Origin: an uncultured Pseudomonadota bacterium
Lineage (GTDB): Bacteria; Pseudomonadota; Alphaproteobacteria; Rhizobiales; Xanthobacteraceae
Reading direction: 5' to 3'
Length of the DNA stretch: 64,000 bases
Assembly: GCA_963804015.1 (NCBI GenBank)
Contig: CAWDOW010000014.1
Coordinates: 171,128 to 235,127, forward strand
The translations under genes were made by a program, and so were the position numbers. Shown here in pieces: positions 1-10,579 of this stretch. How positions within the stretch are numbered: position 1 is the stretch's first letter; every line of letters starts with the position of its first letter. Under the pieces are notes generated by a model, which had not been told where the DNA came from, made no database searches, and worked only from the letters and a program-made list of their open reading frames with translations.

Positions 1-165
1 GCGATTAAGGTTCGGTAAAGGCTAATGGCCGGTGACCGGCGCTTTGCGCATCGATCCGCCCTGCGCTATCTGAATGACCGAAGGGTCCGTATCGGGCCGG
101 GGACGGCCCCGCATGGCCGTGGTGGCGGGTGACAAAAAGCTCAAGGAACTCAAAGGGAGACGGGT

Positions 166-1662
166 ATGCGTGAGATCGGCCATTTCATCGGCGGCAAGCC
201 GGTCAAGGGCACGTCCGGCCGGTTCGGCGACGTGTTCAACCCCAATACCGGCGAGGTGCAGGCCAAGGTCGCACTCGCGAGCAAGAAAGAGGTCGAGGCC
301 GCGATCGCGAACGCGCAAGCCGCGCAACCGGCCTGGGCCGCCACCAATCCGCAGCGGCGCGCGCGGGTGATGTTCAAATTTCTCGATCTGATCGCGAAGG
401 AAATGGACTCGCTTGCCGCGATGCTCTCCTCCGAGCACGGCAAGACCCTTCCCGACGCCAAGGGCGACATCCAGCGCGGCGTCGAGGTGGTGGAATTCGC
501 CTGCGGCGTGCCGCATCTGATGAAGGGCGAATATAACGATGGCGCCGGGCCCGGCATCGATCTCTATTCGATGCGCCAGCCGCTCGGCGTGGTTGCCGGC
601 ATCACGCCGTTCAATTTCCCGGCCATGATCCCGCTCTGGAAATGCGCGCCGGCGATCGCCTGCGGCAACGCCTTCATCCTGAAGCCGTCGGAGCGCGACC
701 CTTCCGTTCCGATCCGCATCGCCGAACTCTTCATCGAAGCCGGTCTGCCGGCCGGCATCCTGAATGTCGTCAACGGCGACAAGGAAGCGGTCGACACCAT
801 CCTCACCGATCCGCGCATCATGGCGATCGGCTTTGTCGGCTCGACGCCGATCGCCGAATATATCTATTCGACCGGCTGCGCGCACGGAAAGCGCGTGCAA
901 TGCTTCGGCGGCGCCAAGAACCACATGATCGTGATGCCGGATGCCGATATCGATCAGGCGGTCGATGCGCTGATCGGCGCCGGCTATGGCTCGGCCGGCG
1001 AGCGCTGCATGGCGATCTCGGTCGCGGTGCCGGTCGGACAGAAGACCGCCGACACGCTGATCAAGAAGCTCATTCCGCGCGTCGAGAGTCTCAAGGTCGG
1101 CCCCTCGAACGATCCGCAGGCCGATTACGGCCCGCTGGTGACCAGGGCGCACATGAACAAGGTGCGCGACTATGTCGAGACCGGCATCAAGGAAGGCGCC
1201 AAGCTGCTGGTCGACGGCCGCGGCTTCAAGCTGCAGGGCTACGAGAACGGCAACTTCATGGGCGGCTGCCTGTTCGACGAAGTGACGCCCGACATGCGCA
1301 TCTACAAGGAAGAAATTTTCGGGCCGGTGCTGTCGGTGGTGCGCGCCAAGGATTACGAGGAGGCGGTGCGGCTTCCCTCCGAGCACGAATACGGCAATGG
1401 CGTTTCGATCTTCACCCGCGACGGCGATACCGCGCGCGATTTCACCTCGCGCGTCAATGTCGGCATGGTGGGGGTGAATTTCGCCATTCCCGTGCCGCTC
1501 GCCTATCACACCTTCGGCGGCTGGAAGCGCTCCGGCTTCGGCGACCTCAACCAGCACGGACCGGATTCGATCCGCTTCTACACCAAGACCAAGACCGTCA
1601 CCGCGCGCTGGCCGTCCGGCACCAAGGAAGGCGCCGAATTCGTCATCCCGACGATGCGATAA
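166..1662 (+). CDS. mmsA: CoA-acylating methylmalonate-semialdehyde dehydrogenase
   Basis: 498-aa ALDH fold: GITPFNFPAMIP, KPSERDP, FVGSTPIA, GGAKNH, AGERCMA (catalytic Cys), EEIFGPV. Confidence 0.95.
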   Translation: MREIGHFIGGKPVKGTSGRFGDVFNPNTGEVQAKVALASKKEVEAAIANAQAAQPAWAATNPQRRARVMFKFLDLIAKEMDSLAAMLSSEHGKTLPDAKGDIQRGVEVVEFACGVPHLMKGEYNDGAGPGIDLYSMRQPLGVVAGITPFNFPAMIPLWKCAPAIACGNAFILKPSERDPSVPIRIAELFIEAGLPAGILNVVNGDKEAVDTILTDPRIMAIGFVGSTPIAEYIYSTGCAHGKRVQCFGGAKNHMIVMPDADIDQAVDALIGAGYGSAGERCMAISVAVPVGQKTADTLIKKLIPRVESLKVGPSNDPQADYGPLVTRAHMNKVRDYVETGIKEGAKLLVDGRGFKLQGYENGNFMGGCLFDEVTPDMRIYKEEIFGPVLSVVRAKDYEEAVRLPSEHEYGNGVSIFTRDGDTARDFTSRVNVGMVGVNFAIPVPLAYHTFGGWKRSGFGDLNQHGPDSIRFYTKTKTVTARWPSGTKEGAEFVIPTMR

Positions 1663-1666
1663 CGAC

Positions 1667-2312
1667 ATGCCCGAATATACGCTCCATTGCTTTGCCCAGT
1701 CCGGCAACGCCTATCGCGTCGCGCTGATGCTCAATCTGATCGGCGCCGACTGGAAGCCGGCCTTCGTCGACTTTTTCGGCAAGGGTCTGCCGCGCACGCC
1801 GGAATGGCGCGCCGAAGTGAACGAAATGGGCGAAGTGCCGGTGCTCGATCACAAGGGCAAGCGACTGACCCAATCGGGCGTGATCCTCACCTATCTCTCG
1901 GACCTGACCGGCAAGTTCAAGCCGCAGGGCGAGGACGAGAGGCTCGAGGCCTTGCGCTGGATCATCTTCGACAACCAGAAGCTCAACGGCTATCTCGGGC
2001 CGTATCGTTTCCTGCGCAATTTTGCCAAGCCCGCCGGCGACCCGGCGGCGATGGCATTCCTGAAGGCACGGATCGACAATTCGCTCGGCATCCTGGAGCA
2101 AGCGGCTCGCGCGCTCGCCCTTCCTGCTCGGCGACCGTCCGACCATCGCCGACATTTCGCTGGTCGGTTACCTCTATTACCCGGCGGAGGAATTCGGCTT
2201 CGACATTGCCGGCACCCACCCCAATATCGCGGCCTGGCTCGACCGCATGAAGGCGCTGCCGGGCTGGGAGCATCCCTACAAGCTGATGCCGGGATATCCG
2301 CTGGCGGCGTAG
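1667..2312 (+). CDS. Glutathione S-transferase family protein (frameshift near 2100)
   Basis: N-term SGNAYRVALML, NEMGEVPVL, LTQSGVIL; C-term FLLGDRPTIADISLVGYLYY continues in another frame to TAG at 2310-2312. Confidence 0.85.
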
Positions 2313-2423
2313 AGCATGATGCCGAAAAGTGCGAAGCGGTTTTCGGACGACATCATGCTCTGAACTATTAAATCGATCATGTTTATGATTTTGGATCGGT
2401 TCAATCCAAAATCATCGTGATCT
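2310..2423. repeat. Bipartite palindromic intergenic repeat (RIME/Bru-RS-like)
   Basis: Hairpin AGAGCATGATG-CCGAAAA...TTTTCGG-acga-CATCATGCTCT, AT-rich spacer, second hairpin ATGATTTTGGAT/ATCCAAAATCAT; related copies at 54746 and 56664. Confidence 0.85.
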
Positions 2424-2425
2424 GG

Positions 2426-3473
2426 TCAGCCCGCAAACTTCGCGAGCAGCGCCTTCGCTTCCGCCAGCAAGGCGCCGCCGTCGAACTTGCGCTGTTTGGA
2501 TTCCTTCACCCAGGCATCGACCACCGGTTGCGTCGCCTTGACCCAGCGGTCGATCTCGGAGCGATCGAGTTCCTTGATGGTGTTGCCCTGCTTGCGAGCG
2601 GTGTCCTCGACCACCGGCGCCAGATCGTCCCACATCCGCCCGGCCATCTGCGCCGCGTTCTGGCCGGAATGTCTGGTCGATCACCTTTTTCAGATCGGGC
2701 GGCAGCGAGTCATATCGCGCCTTGTTCATCGCCAGAATGAAGGTCGCCGTGTAGAGCGTCGGCGAGCCGGCGATCTCGGTGTGAAACTTGACCCGCTCCT
2801 GCAATTTGATCGCGGGGACCACTTCCCACGGCACCAGGCAGCCGTCGATCACCTTCTGCGCCAGCGCGTCCGGTATCTGCGGTACCGGCAGCGAGATGCC
2901 GTTGGCACCGAGCGCCTTCAGCGCTTCGTTCGCGAGCCTTGTCGGCGCTCGCAATTTCAGGCCTTTCAGATCCTCGAGCCGGTTGATCGGCTTGTTGGTG
3001 TGCAGCACGCCCCGATCGTGCGCCCACAGGCAGATCGGCTGCACCTCCCGGAATTCGTCGCGCAACCGCGTCTCGTAAAGCTGCTGCACCGCGCGCGTAT
3101 TGGCGAGCGCGCGCTGGTTGGCAACGAAGGGCAGCTCGAATACCTCGATGCGCGGGAACCTGCCCGGCGTCATGCCGGGCAAGGTCCAGACGATGTCGGC
3201 CGTTCCGTTGACCGCCTGATCGTAGAGCTGCGACGCGGTGCCGCCGAGCTGCATCGAGGGAAACAGGTCGATCCGGATGCGGCCGCCGAAATCCTTCTCC
3301 ACGCTTTTCGCCCAGGGGGTCAGAAAGCGCGTATGTGCATAGGCGACCGGAGAGAGGAAATGATGCAGCTTCAGGACCACGACCGGCTGCTGCGCATGGG
3401 CCTGACGCAGCAAAGCGGGCGCTGCGAGCGCTGCCGTACCAAGAGCGATGAAACGCCTGCGTCCGACTGTCAT
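2426..3473 (-). CDS. dctP: TRAP transporter substrate-binding protein with Tat signal (frameshift near 2670)
   Basis: GRRRFIALG Tat motif, LKLHHFL, PSMQLGG, PGRFPRIEVFELPF, DLKGLKLR; C-terminus in ORF 2426..2647. Confidence 0.88.
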
Positions 3474-3516
3474 GAGCCGTAGGATTTTCGATTACGGGAC
3501 GAAGCGCAAGGGCCGA

Positions 3517-3957
3517 TCAGCCTTCGTGACGATAGGCCCCGCCTTCCGGCTCGAAAGGCGCTTCAATGTTGGCGAGCTTGAGGCCGAGCGGCTCGAGCAG
3601 GGCCGCCACCGCCTCGCCCCGGCGCACCCGCAGGCGCCGCCCGCTCAATTCCGCCGGAATATGATGATCGCCAAGGAGCCACGCCGCCCGCGCCAGCAAC
3701 GTGATGTCGTCTGCGCGTATTTCGATCAATTCTTCGGGCCGGGCCACGACCTCGACCAGGCCGCCATCGTCGAGCAGCAGCAAATCGTCGTGGCGAAGCG
3801 CGATCCCGCGCGGCAGCACCAGTTCGATCGCGGTTCCGCGCAAGGCTGAGACCAGGCCGGCGGGGCTTTTCCGCTGCTCATGATCGAGCAGAAGGGTGTC
3901 GCGGATCGGCCGATCGCCCGCCTCGCCCGCGGCGATGCGTGCAATGGCGCGCGGCAT
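3517..3957 (-). CDS. ureE: UreE-like urease accessory / metallochaperone protein
   Basis: LRHDDLLLLDDGGLVEVVARPEEL, LARAAWLLGDHH, EAPFEPEGGAY match the UreE family. Confidence 0.8.
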   Translation of the reverse strand: MPRAIARIAAGEAGDRPIRDTLLLDHEQRKSPAGLVSALRGTAIELVLPRGIALRHDDLLLLDDGGLVEVVARPEELIEIRADDITLLARAAWLLGDHHIPAELSGRRLRVRRGEAVAALLEPLGLKLANIEAPFEPEGGAYRHEG

Positions 3958-3974
3958 CGCGAAAGAGCCTCGGC

Positions 3975-4868
3975 TCAGTTCAGACGTTCCGGCCGCTCGT
4001 CCTGCTCAGGATGGCCCATGGTGGTCGTACCGGGCGACACGCCGCCGCCCGCCCGCTCGGTTGCTGGCGCGGGTGCCGCCTGCGCCGCCGCGGCCTTGGC
4101 ATCCTTTTGCACAAATCCGCGATAGGACATCCAGCCGAGCGGCAAGGCCGCGATATAAAGCACACTGCCGATCGTCAGCACGTACCACGGATAGCTGACC
4201 AGCAGGGCCACGAACAGCACCACCGCGACGAAGACCGGCAGCACCATGTCGCGCGGCACGCGATTGCCGAGCTTCTTGCCGGAGAAGACCGGCAACGTGG
4301 AAACCAGCAGGAACGCGATCGCGAGCGTGTAGATGCAGGCCAGGCCCGGCAGCCGCGGCATGCCGAGCAGCGCGACATAGATCGGCAACAGCACGATGAT
4401 GGCGCCTGCCGGCGCCGGAACGCCGGTGAAGAAATTCGCCATCCAGACCGGGCGATTCGGATCGTCGGCCATCACATTGAAGCGCGCGAGCCGCAGGCTC
4501 ATGCAGATCGCGAACACCAGCGCCGCGATCCAGCCGATCGCGCCGAGTTCGTTCAGGCCCCAGAAATACAGGATCAGCCCCGGCACCACGCCGAAATTCA
4601 CGAAATCGGCGAGGCTGTCGAGCTCGGCACCGAATTTCGACTGACCCTTGAGCAGCCGCGCCACCCGACCGTCGATGCCGTCGAGCGCGGCCGCGAACAC
4701 GATGGCGCCGAGCGCCCATTCGATCTTGCCCTCGAGCGCCAGCCGGATCGCCGTCAGTCCCGCGCAGAGCGACAGGAGCGTGATCATGTTCGGCAACAGC
4801 AGACGCACCGGAATCGCACGGAAGCGCTTGCGGCGGGGCTCGGGGGGATCGACCGGGGCAAAGACCAT
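3975..4868 (-). CDS. pssA: CDP-diacylglycerol--serine O-phosphatidyltransferase
   Basis: LPNMITL, DGIDGRVAR...FGAELDSLAD CDP-alcohol phosphotransferase motif, LRLARFN; downstream of psd. Confidence 0.93.
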   Translation of the reverse strand: MVFAPVDPPEPRRKRFRAIPVRLLLPNMITLLSLCAGLTAIRLALEGKIEWALGAIVFAAALDGIDGRVARLLKGQSKFGAELDSLADFVNFGVVPGLILYFWGLNELGAIGWIAALVFAICMSLRLARFNVMADDPNRPVWMANFFTGVPAPAGAIIVLLPIYVALLGMPRLPGLACIYTLAIAFLLVSTLPVFSGKKLGNRVPRDMVLPVFVAVVLFVALLVSYPWYVLTIGSVLYIAALPLGWMSYRGFVQKDAKAAAAQAAPAPATERAGGGVSPGTTTMGHPEQDERPERLN

Positions 4869-4928
4869 GGTACACCTTATCAGGATCCGCGGCGCGCCGC
4901 CATCGGCCGCCGCGCCACAGGGTAAATC

Positions 4929-5628
4929 TCAGCTCACCTTGAAGCTGCGCGGGCCTTCCGCGCCCCGCAGATCGGCAATCACGGTCTCGCCGGCGATCGC
5001 GGTCTGCCCCTCGGCCACCAGCGCGCGGGTGCCCTCGGGCAGATAGACGTCGAGCCGCGAGCCGAAGCGGATCATGCCGAAACGGTCGCCGGCGCCGATC
5101 GCCTCGCCTTCGCGCACGAAGCAGAGGATGCGCCGCGCCACCAGGCCCGCGATCTGCACCACCCCGACCCGGCCGTTCGGGGTCGCGATCACGACGCCGT
5201 TGCGCTCGTTGTCCTCGCTCGCCTTGTCGAGATCGGCATTCAGGAATTTGCCGGCCCGATAGACGATGCGCTCGATCCGGCCGGCGACCGGGGCGCGGTT
5301 CACGTGACAGTCGAACACGCTCATGAAGACCGAGATGCGCGGCAGCGGCCGCTCGCCGAGTTCGAGTTCGCGCGGCGGCACGGCATTGGCGATCAGGCTG
5401 ACGCGCCCGTCCGCGGGCGAGACCACGATGCCATCGCGCACCGGCGTGACGCGCGGCGGATCGCGGAAGAAATAGGCGCACCAGGCCGTCAGCAAGCGTG
5501 CCGATCCAGCCGAGCGGCGACCAGATCCAGAACAGGATCAGGCTGGCCAGCGCGAAGGCGCCGATGAACGGCATGCCCTGCGGATGGATCGGGACAAGCT
5601 GCGCATTGATCGATTTGATGATGGACAT
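4929..5628 (-). CDS. psd: Phosphatidylserine decarboxylase (frameshift near 5495)
   Basis: [35 protein letters not shown] self-cleavage motif; N-terminus MSIIKSI...PIHPQG in another frame. Confidence 0.92.
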
Positions 5629-5631
5629 TCC

Positions 5632-7610
5632 CTACTCCACGGCGTCGACCGGCGCGCGCACCGGCGCGATGATCGGCGGCGGCATTGATCTCGTCCTCGA
5701 CCGGCGGCGGATTGCGGTTCGGCGCAACCTCTTCGCCCGCGAGCGCGAGCTTCTCGCGCGCCGCCTCGGCCTCGCGCTGCCGGTTCCACATGCTGGCATA
5801 GAGGCCGTTCTGGGTCAGCAGGCCCTGATGGGTGCCGCGCTCGACGATGCGGCCTGCATCCAGCACGATGATCTCGTCGGCGTCCACGATGGTCGAGAGC
5901 CGGTGCGCGATCACGAGCGTGGTGCGGCCTTTCGAGACCCGGTCGAGCGCGTCCTGGATTTCCTTTTCGGTGTGGCTGTCGAGCGCGGAGGTCGCCTCGT
6001 CGAGCACCAGGATCGGCGGACCCTTCAGGATGGTGCGCGCAATGGCGACGCGCTGCTTCTCGCCGCCGGACAATTTCAAGCCGCGCTCGCCGACTTCGGT
6101 CTCATAGCCCTTGGGGCTGAGCTTGATGAAATTGTCGATCTGCGCGAGGCTTGCCGCCTGCTCGACCTCCGCATCGCTCGCATCCCAGCGGCCGTAACGG
6201 ATGTTGTAGCGCAGCGTATCGTTGAACAGCACGGTATCCTGCGGGACCATGCCGATGGCCGAGCGCAGCGATACCTGGGTCACGTCGCGGATATCCTGAT
6301 TGTCGATCAGGATGCGGCCGCCGGTCACGTCGTAGAAGCGGAACAGCAGCCGCGAGATGGTCGACTTGCCGGCGCCGGAGGGGCCGACGATCGCAACCGT
6401 GTGCCCGGCCGGAACCTCGAAGCTGATGCCGCGCAGGATCGGACGCGCCGGTTCGTAGGCAAAGCTGACATTGTCGAAGCGGATGGCGCCCTTCGTCACC
6501 TGCAAGGCCGGCGCGCCGGCATGGTCCTTGATCTCCGGATCGCGCGCCAGCACGCCGAACATGACCTCGATATCGGTCACCGCCTGCTTGATCTCGCGAT
6601 AGACCATGCCCATGAAATTCAGCGGCTGATAGAGCTGGATCATCATGGCGTTGATCATGACGAAGTCGCCGACGGTATTGGTGCCGTTCTTCACGCCGAT
6701 GGCGCACATCACCATGGCGGCGCCGAGGCCCACGGTGAAGATCGCGGCCTGCCCGGCATTGAGGACGGCGAGCGAGGTATAGGTCTTGACGCTCGCATCC
6801 TCGTAGCGCGCCATCGAGCGGTCGTAGCGCCTGCGTCTCGCGCTCTTCGGCGACGAAATATTTGACGGTCTCGTAGTTGAGCAGCGAATCGATCGCCTTG
6901 GTATTGGCCTCGGTGTCGCTGTCGTTCATCTTGCGGCGGATCGCGATCCGCCATTCGGTCGCGTAATAGGTGTAGACCATGTAGGCGGTGACGGTGACGA
7001 GGATCACCGCGACATAGCGCCAGTCGAATTGCCAGAACAGGACGCCGACGATCAGCGCGACTTCGATAATGGTCGGGACCAGTTGCAGGATCACCATCCG
7101 CACGATGGTCTCGATGCCGTTGCGTCCCCGCTCCAGCACCCGCGTCAGCCCGCCGGTCTTGCGCTCCAGATGGAAGCGCAGCGACAATTGGTGCATGTGC
7201 TCGAAGGTGATGATCGCAAGCCGGCGCACCGCATGCATCGCCACTTTCGCGAAAATGCCGTCGCGCATCTGTGTCAGCGCCGCCATCACGATGCGCATGC
7301 CGCCATAGGCGATGGTCATCGCGATCGGCGCCGCCACCACCCAGGTCAGCGCGGAGGACGCAAAGACCGGCGCGCTCGGCTGGCCGGCCAGCGCATCGGT
7401 CGCCCATTTGAAGGTGAAGGGCACCGCGACGGTCGCGACCTTTGCGATCAGCAACAGCACGGTCGCCCAAAGCACCCGCATCTTCAGGTCGGCCCGGTCG
7501 GACGGCCAGATATAGGGCCAGAGCGCCATCAGCGTGCGCAGGAGCGCGCCCTTTTGCGCGGAGACCTGCGGCTTCGGCAGGTCGCGGGCATGGGCCGGAG
7601 GGGGTGTCAT
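5632..7610 (-). CDS. ATM1/ABCB7-type ABC exporter, fused permease and ATPase (frameshifts near 6830 and 5670)
   Basis: LSLRFHLERKTGGL, DSLLNYETVKYF, QLYQPLNFMG, GPSGAGKST, LSGGEKQR, LDEATSALD. Confidence 0.92.
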
Positions 7611-7775
7611 GGATCGGGAAGCGGCGCCTGTTCGTTAGTGGATTGCCGGGCAGATATAGGTCGTCTCGGACCGATTGTTACCGCCGGAACATCCTTGGAA
7701 TAGGCGCAAAGGGCCTATACATCAACGCCCTGTCCCGCCTTTACGGCCTTTCCCCACCAATGCGACAGTGAATGA

Positions 7776-8381
7776 ATGAGCACGATTCGTAATATCTGCG
7801 TCTATTGCGGCTCCGGCCCCGGCACCGACCCTAGCTTCGTCAAGGCCGCGACCGCCTTCGGCGCCATCCTGGCCGACAACGATATCGGCCTCGTCTATGG
7901 CGGCGGCTCGGTCGGGCTGATGGGAGCGGTGGCGGCAGCGACGCTCGCCAAGGGCGGGCGGGTGACCGGAATCATTCCGGAATTTCTCAGCAATCGCGAG
8001 CGGCCGTTTGTCGATGCGCAGGAACTGATCGTCACGCGCGACATGCATGAGCGAAAGCGCATCATGTTCGAACGCTCGGACGCCTTCGTCGCATTGCCGG
8101 GCGGCATCGGCACGCTGGAAGAACTGGTCGAGCAACTCACCTGGGCGCAGCTCGGCCGCCACAAGAAGCCGATCCTCGCCGCCAATATCGGCGGCTTCTG
8201 GGATCCGCTTTGCGCGCTGCTCGATCACATGGAAAAGCTCGCCTTCATCCGCAACGGGCTTTCGGTCAGCCTGCTGGTCGCCGACAAGGTCGAGGACATC
8301 CTGCCGAAATTGTTCGAAGCCGCGCGCCCGCTGCCGGAGGCCGAAAAGCTGATGGAATCCGGCGCCGCCGAGCGGATGTAG
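7776..8381 (+). CDS. LOG family nucleotide phosphoribohydrolase (TIGR00730)
   Basis: ICVYCGS, LVYGGGSVGLMG, MHERK, PGGIGTLEE motif. Confidence 0.92.
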   Translation: MSTIRNICVYCGSGPGTDPSFVKAATAFGAILADNDIGLVYGGGSVGLMGAVAAATLAKGGRVTGIIPEFLSNRERPFVDAQELIVTRDMHERKRIMFERSDAFVALPGGIGTLEELVEQLTWAQLGRHKKPILAANIGGFWDPLCALLDHMEKLAFIRNGLSVSLLVADKVEDILPKLFEAARPLPEAEKLMESGAAERM

Positions 8382-8382
8382 C

Positions 8383-8757
8383 TCACTTCAGGAATGTCAC
8401 CGCTTCGATGCGATTGCCATCCGGATCGCGGATGAAGGCTGCATAATAGCCCTCGCCATGCTGCGGCCGAAGCGCCGGCGCACCATCGGACGTGCCGCCA
8501 TGCGCTAACGCCGCGGCGTGAAAGGTATCCACCCCCTCGCGGTTCGATGCCCGCAACGCGACATGCGCGCCGCAATCCCAAGGCAGCGGCATCATGTCAG
8601 GCCGATGGTTGATCCAGAATTCCGAATATTTTTTACCGAAGGCAATCGTCGTCGGACGCACGTCGAGCTTTGCATAGCCAAGCGTCGCGAGCACGGCTGC
8701 GTAGAATTCGGACGCCCGTTTCAGGTCGCGCACCGCCACGGAGACATGGTCGATCAT
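8383..8757 (-). CDS. VOC/glyoxalase family protein
   Basis: MIDHVSVAVRDL, HVALRA, YYAAFIRDPDGNRIEAV. Confidence 0.9.
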   Translation of the reverse strand: MIDHVSVAVRDLKRASEFYAAVLATLGYAKLDVRPTTIAFGKKYSEFWINHRPDMMPLPWDCGAHVALRASNREGVDTFHAAALAHGGTSDGAPALRPQHGEGYYAAFIRDPDGNRIEAVTFLK

Positions 8758-8770
8758 GGCGCTGACGCGC

Positions 8771-10366
8771 TCAGACCGTGGCGTTCGACTTGACGAGCTT
8801 GTAGACGATCGAATCCATCAGCGCCTGGAACGAGGCTTCGATGACATTCGGCGACACGCCGACCGTGGTCCAGCGCTCGCCCTCCTCGTCCTCGCTCTCG
8901 ATCAGGACGCGCGTCACCGCTTCGGTGCCGGCATTGAGGATACGCACGCGATAATCGGTGAGCTTCAGACCTTCGATGAATTTCTGATACTTGCCGAGAT
9001 CCTTGCGCAGCGCGACGTCGAGCGCATTGACCGGGCCGTTGCCCTCGCCGGCCGAGATCAGCGTCTCGCCGTCGACCTTCACCTTCACCACCGCCATCGC
9101 GACGGTGACGCGCTTGCCGACCGCGTTGTAGCGCTGCTCGACATTGACGTCGAACTGCTCGACATCGAAATAATCCGGCACCTTGCCGAGCACGCGCCGC
9201 GCCAGCAATTCGAACGAGGCGTCGGCGCCTTCATAGGCATAGCCCAGCGCCTCGCGCTCCTTCACCTCGTCGAGCAGGCGGGCGATGCGCGGATCGCTTT
9301 TGTCCACCGCCATGCCGATACGTTCGAGTTCCGCCATCAGATTGGAGCGGCCGCCCTGATCGGACACCAGCACGCGGCGGCGATTGCCGACCGCTTCCGG
9401 CGCGACATGCTCGTAGGTTGCCGGGTCCTTCGCGATCGCGGAGGCATGGATGCCGGCCTTGGTGGCGAAGGCGCTGTCGCCGACATAGGGCGCGTGACGG
9501 TTGGGCGCGCGGTTGAGCATGTCGTCGAGCTTGCGCGAGGCCGCGGCCAGCGCCTTCAGCTTGTCGTCCGAGACATGGATGTCGAAGCGCTCGGAGAATT
9601 CCTTTTTCAGCTTCAGCGTCGGGATGATGGAGACGAGATTGGCGTTGCCGCAGCGCTCGCCGATGCCGTTCAGCGTGCCCTGGATCTGGCGCGCGCCGGC
9701 GCGCACCGCGGCGAGCGAATTGGCCACCGCCTGCTCGGTGTCGTTATGGGCATGGATGCCGACATGATCGCCGGGGATGACCTTCACCACCTCGCCCACG
9801 ATCTTTTCGATCTCGTGCGGCAGCGTGCCGCCATTGGTGTCGCAGAGCACCACCCAGCGCGCGCCGGAGTCATAGGCGGCCTTGGCGCAGCCGAGCGCAT
9901 ATTTCGGATTGGCCTTGTAGCCGTCGAAGAAATGCTCGCAATCGACCAGCACCTCGCGGCCCTTGTCCTTGGCCGCCTTCACGCTGTCGCGGATCGAGGC
10001 GAGGTTCTCCTCCTGCGTGGTCTCGAGCGCGACCTTGACGTGATAATCCCAGGTCTTGGCGACAAAGCAGATCGCATCGGCCTTGGCGTCGAGCAACGCC
10101 GCAAGACCGGGATCGTTCGAAGTCGAGCGGCCGGGCCGCCGCGTCATGCCGAAGGCGGTGAAGGTGGTGTCGAGCCCGCGATCCTTCGAGAACAGCTCGG
10201 TGTCGGTCGGATTGGCGCCGGGATAGCCGCCTTCGACATAGTCGATGCCGAGATCGTCGAGCATGGTCGCGACCGCGATCTTGTCGTCGAGGGTGAAATC
10301 GACGCCATTGGTCTGCGCGCCGTCGCGCAGCGTGGTGTCGAAGAGATAGAGCCGCTCGCGCACCAT
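8771..10366 (-). CDS. cimA: Citramalate synthase
   Basis: DTTLRDGAQ, YVEGGYPGANP, EHFFDGYK, LCDTNGG, HAHND, GERCGNANL, regulatory domain GNGPVNALD. Confidence 0.92.
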   Translation of the reverse strand: MVRERLYLFDTTLRDGAQTNGVDFTLDDKIAVATMLDDLGIDYVEGGYPGANPTDTELFSKDRGLDTTFTAFGMTRRPGRSTSNDPGLAALLDAKADAICFVAKTWDYHVKVALETTQEENLASIRDSVKAAKDKGREVLVDCEHFFDGYKANPKYALGCAKAAYDSGARWVVLCDTNGGTLPHEIEKIVGEVVKVIPGDHVGIHAHNDTEQAVANSLAAVRAGARQIQGTLNGIGERCGNANLVSIIPTLKLKKEFSERFDIHVSDDKLKALAAASRKLDDMLNRAPNRHAPYVGDSAFATKAGIHASAIAKDPATYEHVAPEAVGNRRRVLVSDQGGRSNLMAELERIGMAVDKSDPRIARLLDEVKEREALGYAYEGADASFELLARRVLGKVPDYFDVEQFDVNVEQRYNAVGKRVTVAMAVVKVKVDGETLISAGEGNGPVNALDVALRKDLGKYQKFIEGLKLTDYRVRILNAGTEAVTRVLIESEDEEGERWTTVGVSPNVIEASFQALMDSIVYKLVKSNATV

Positions 10367-10371
10367 TTCGC

Positions 10372-10485
10372 TCACCACAATCCGTAAAGCTTCAGGACCA
10401 GTGCGACGGCGGCCGCAAGCACCACGATCTTGAGCGCGATGTAATAAAGCCAGTGACGCGGAAACGGGGTCTCGGGGCGCTGCAT
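10372..10485 (-). CDS. 37-aa single-pass membrane micropeptide MQRPETPFPRHWLYYIALKIVVLAAAVALVLKLYGLW
   Basis: Hand-translated; GAGG RBS upstream overlapping the previous stop codon; hydrophobic core; ends 5 nt before the cimA ATG. Confidence 0.65.
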   Translation of the reverse strand: MQRPETPFPRHWLYYIALKIVVLAAAVALVLKLYGLW

Positions 10486-10492
10486 GACCGCC

Positions 10493-10579
10493 TCACCAAA
10501 GGTAATAATTGGACGCCAGAGCGAAGGCGACGACGATCGCGATCACGGCGACGATGATGTGGTGGCGCTGCAGGTTCAT
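10493..10579 (-). CDS. 28-aa single-pass membrane micropeptide MNLQRHHIIVAVIAIVVAFALASNYYLW
   Basis: Hand-translated; ATGA overlap with the GNAT stop codon, GGGAG RBS, GC3-rich codons. Confidence 0.65.
   Translation of the reverse strand: MNLQRHHIIVAVIAIVVAFALASNYYLW

Noticed and set aside
22-1707. Long antisense and alternate-frame ORFs (e.g. 22..1707, 8756..10387, 54803..56587, 59680..61671)
   Set aside because: Shadows of real genes caused by high GC3 codon bias; no recognisable motifs. The Leu/Val-rich 59680..61671 ORF is simply the reverse of the Gln/Asn codons.
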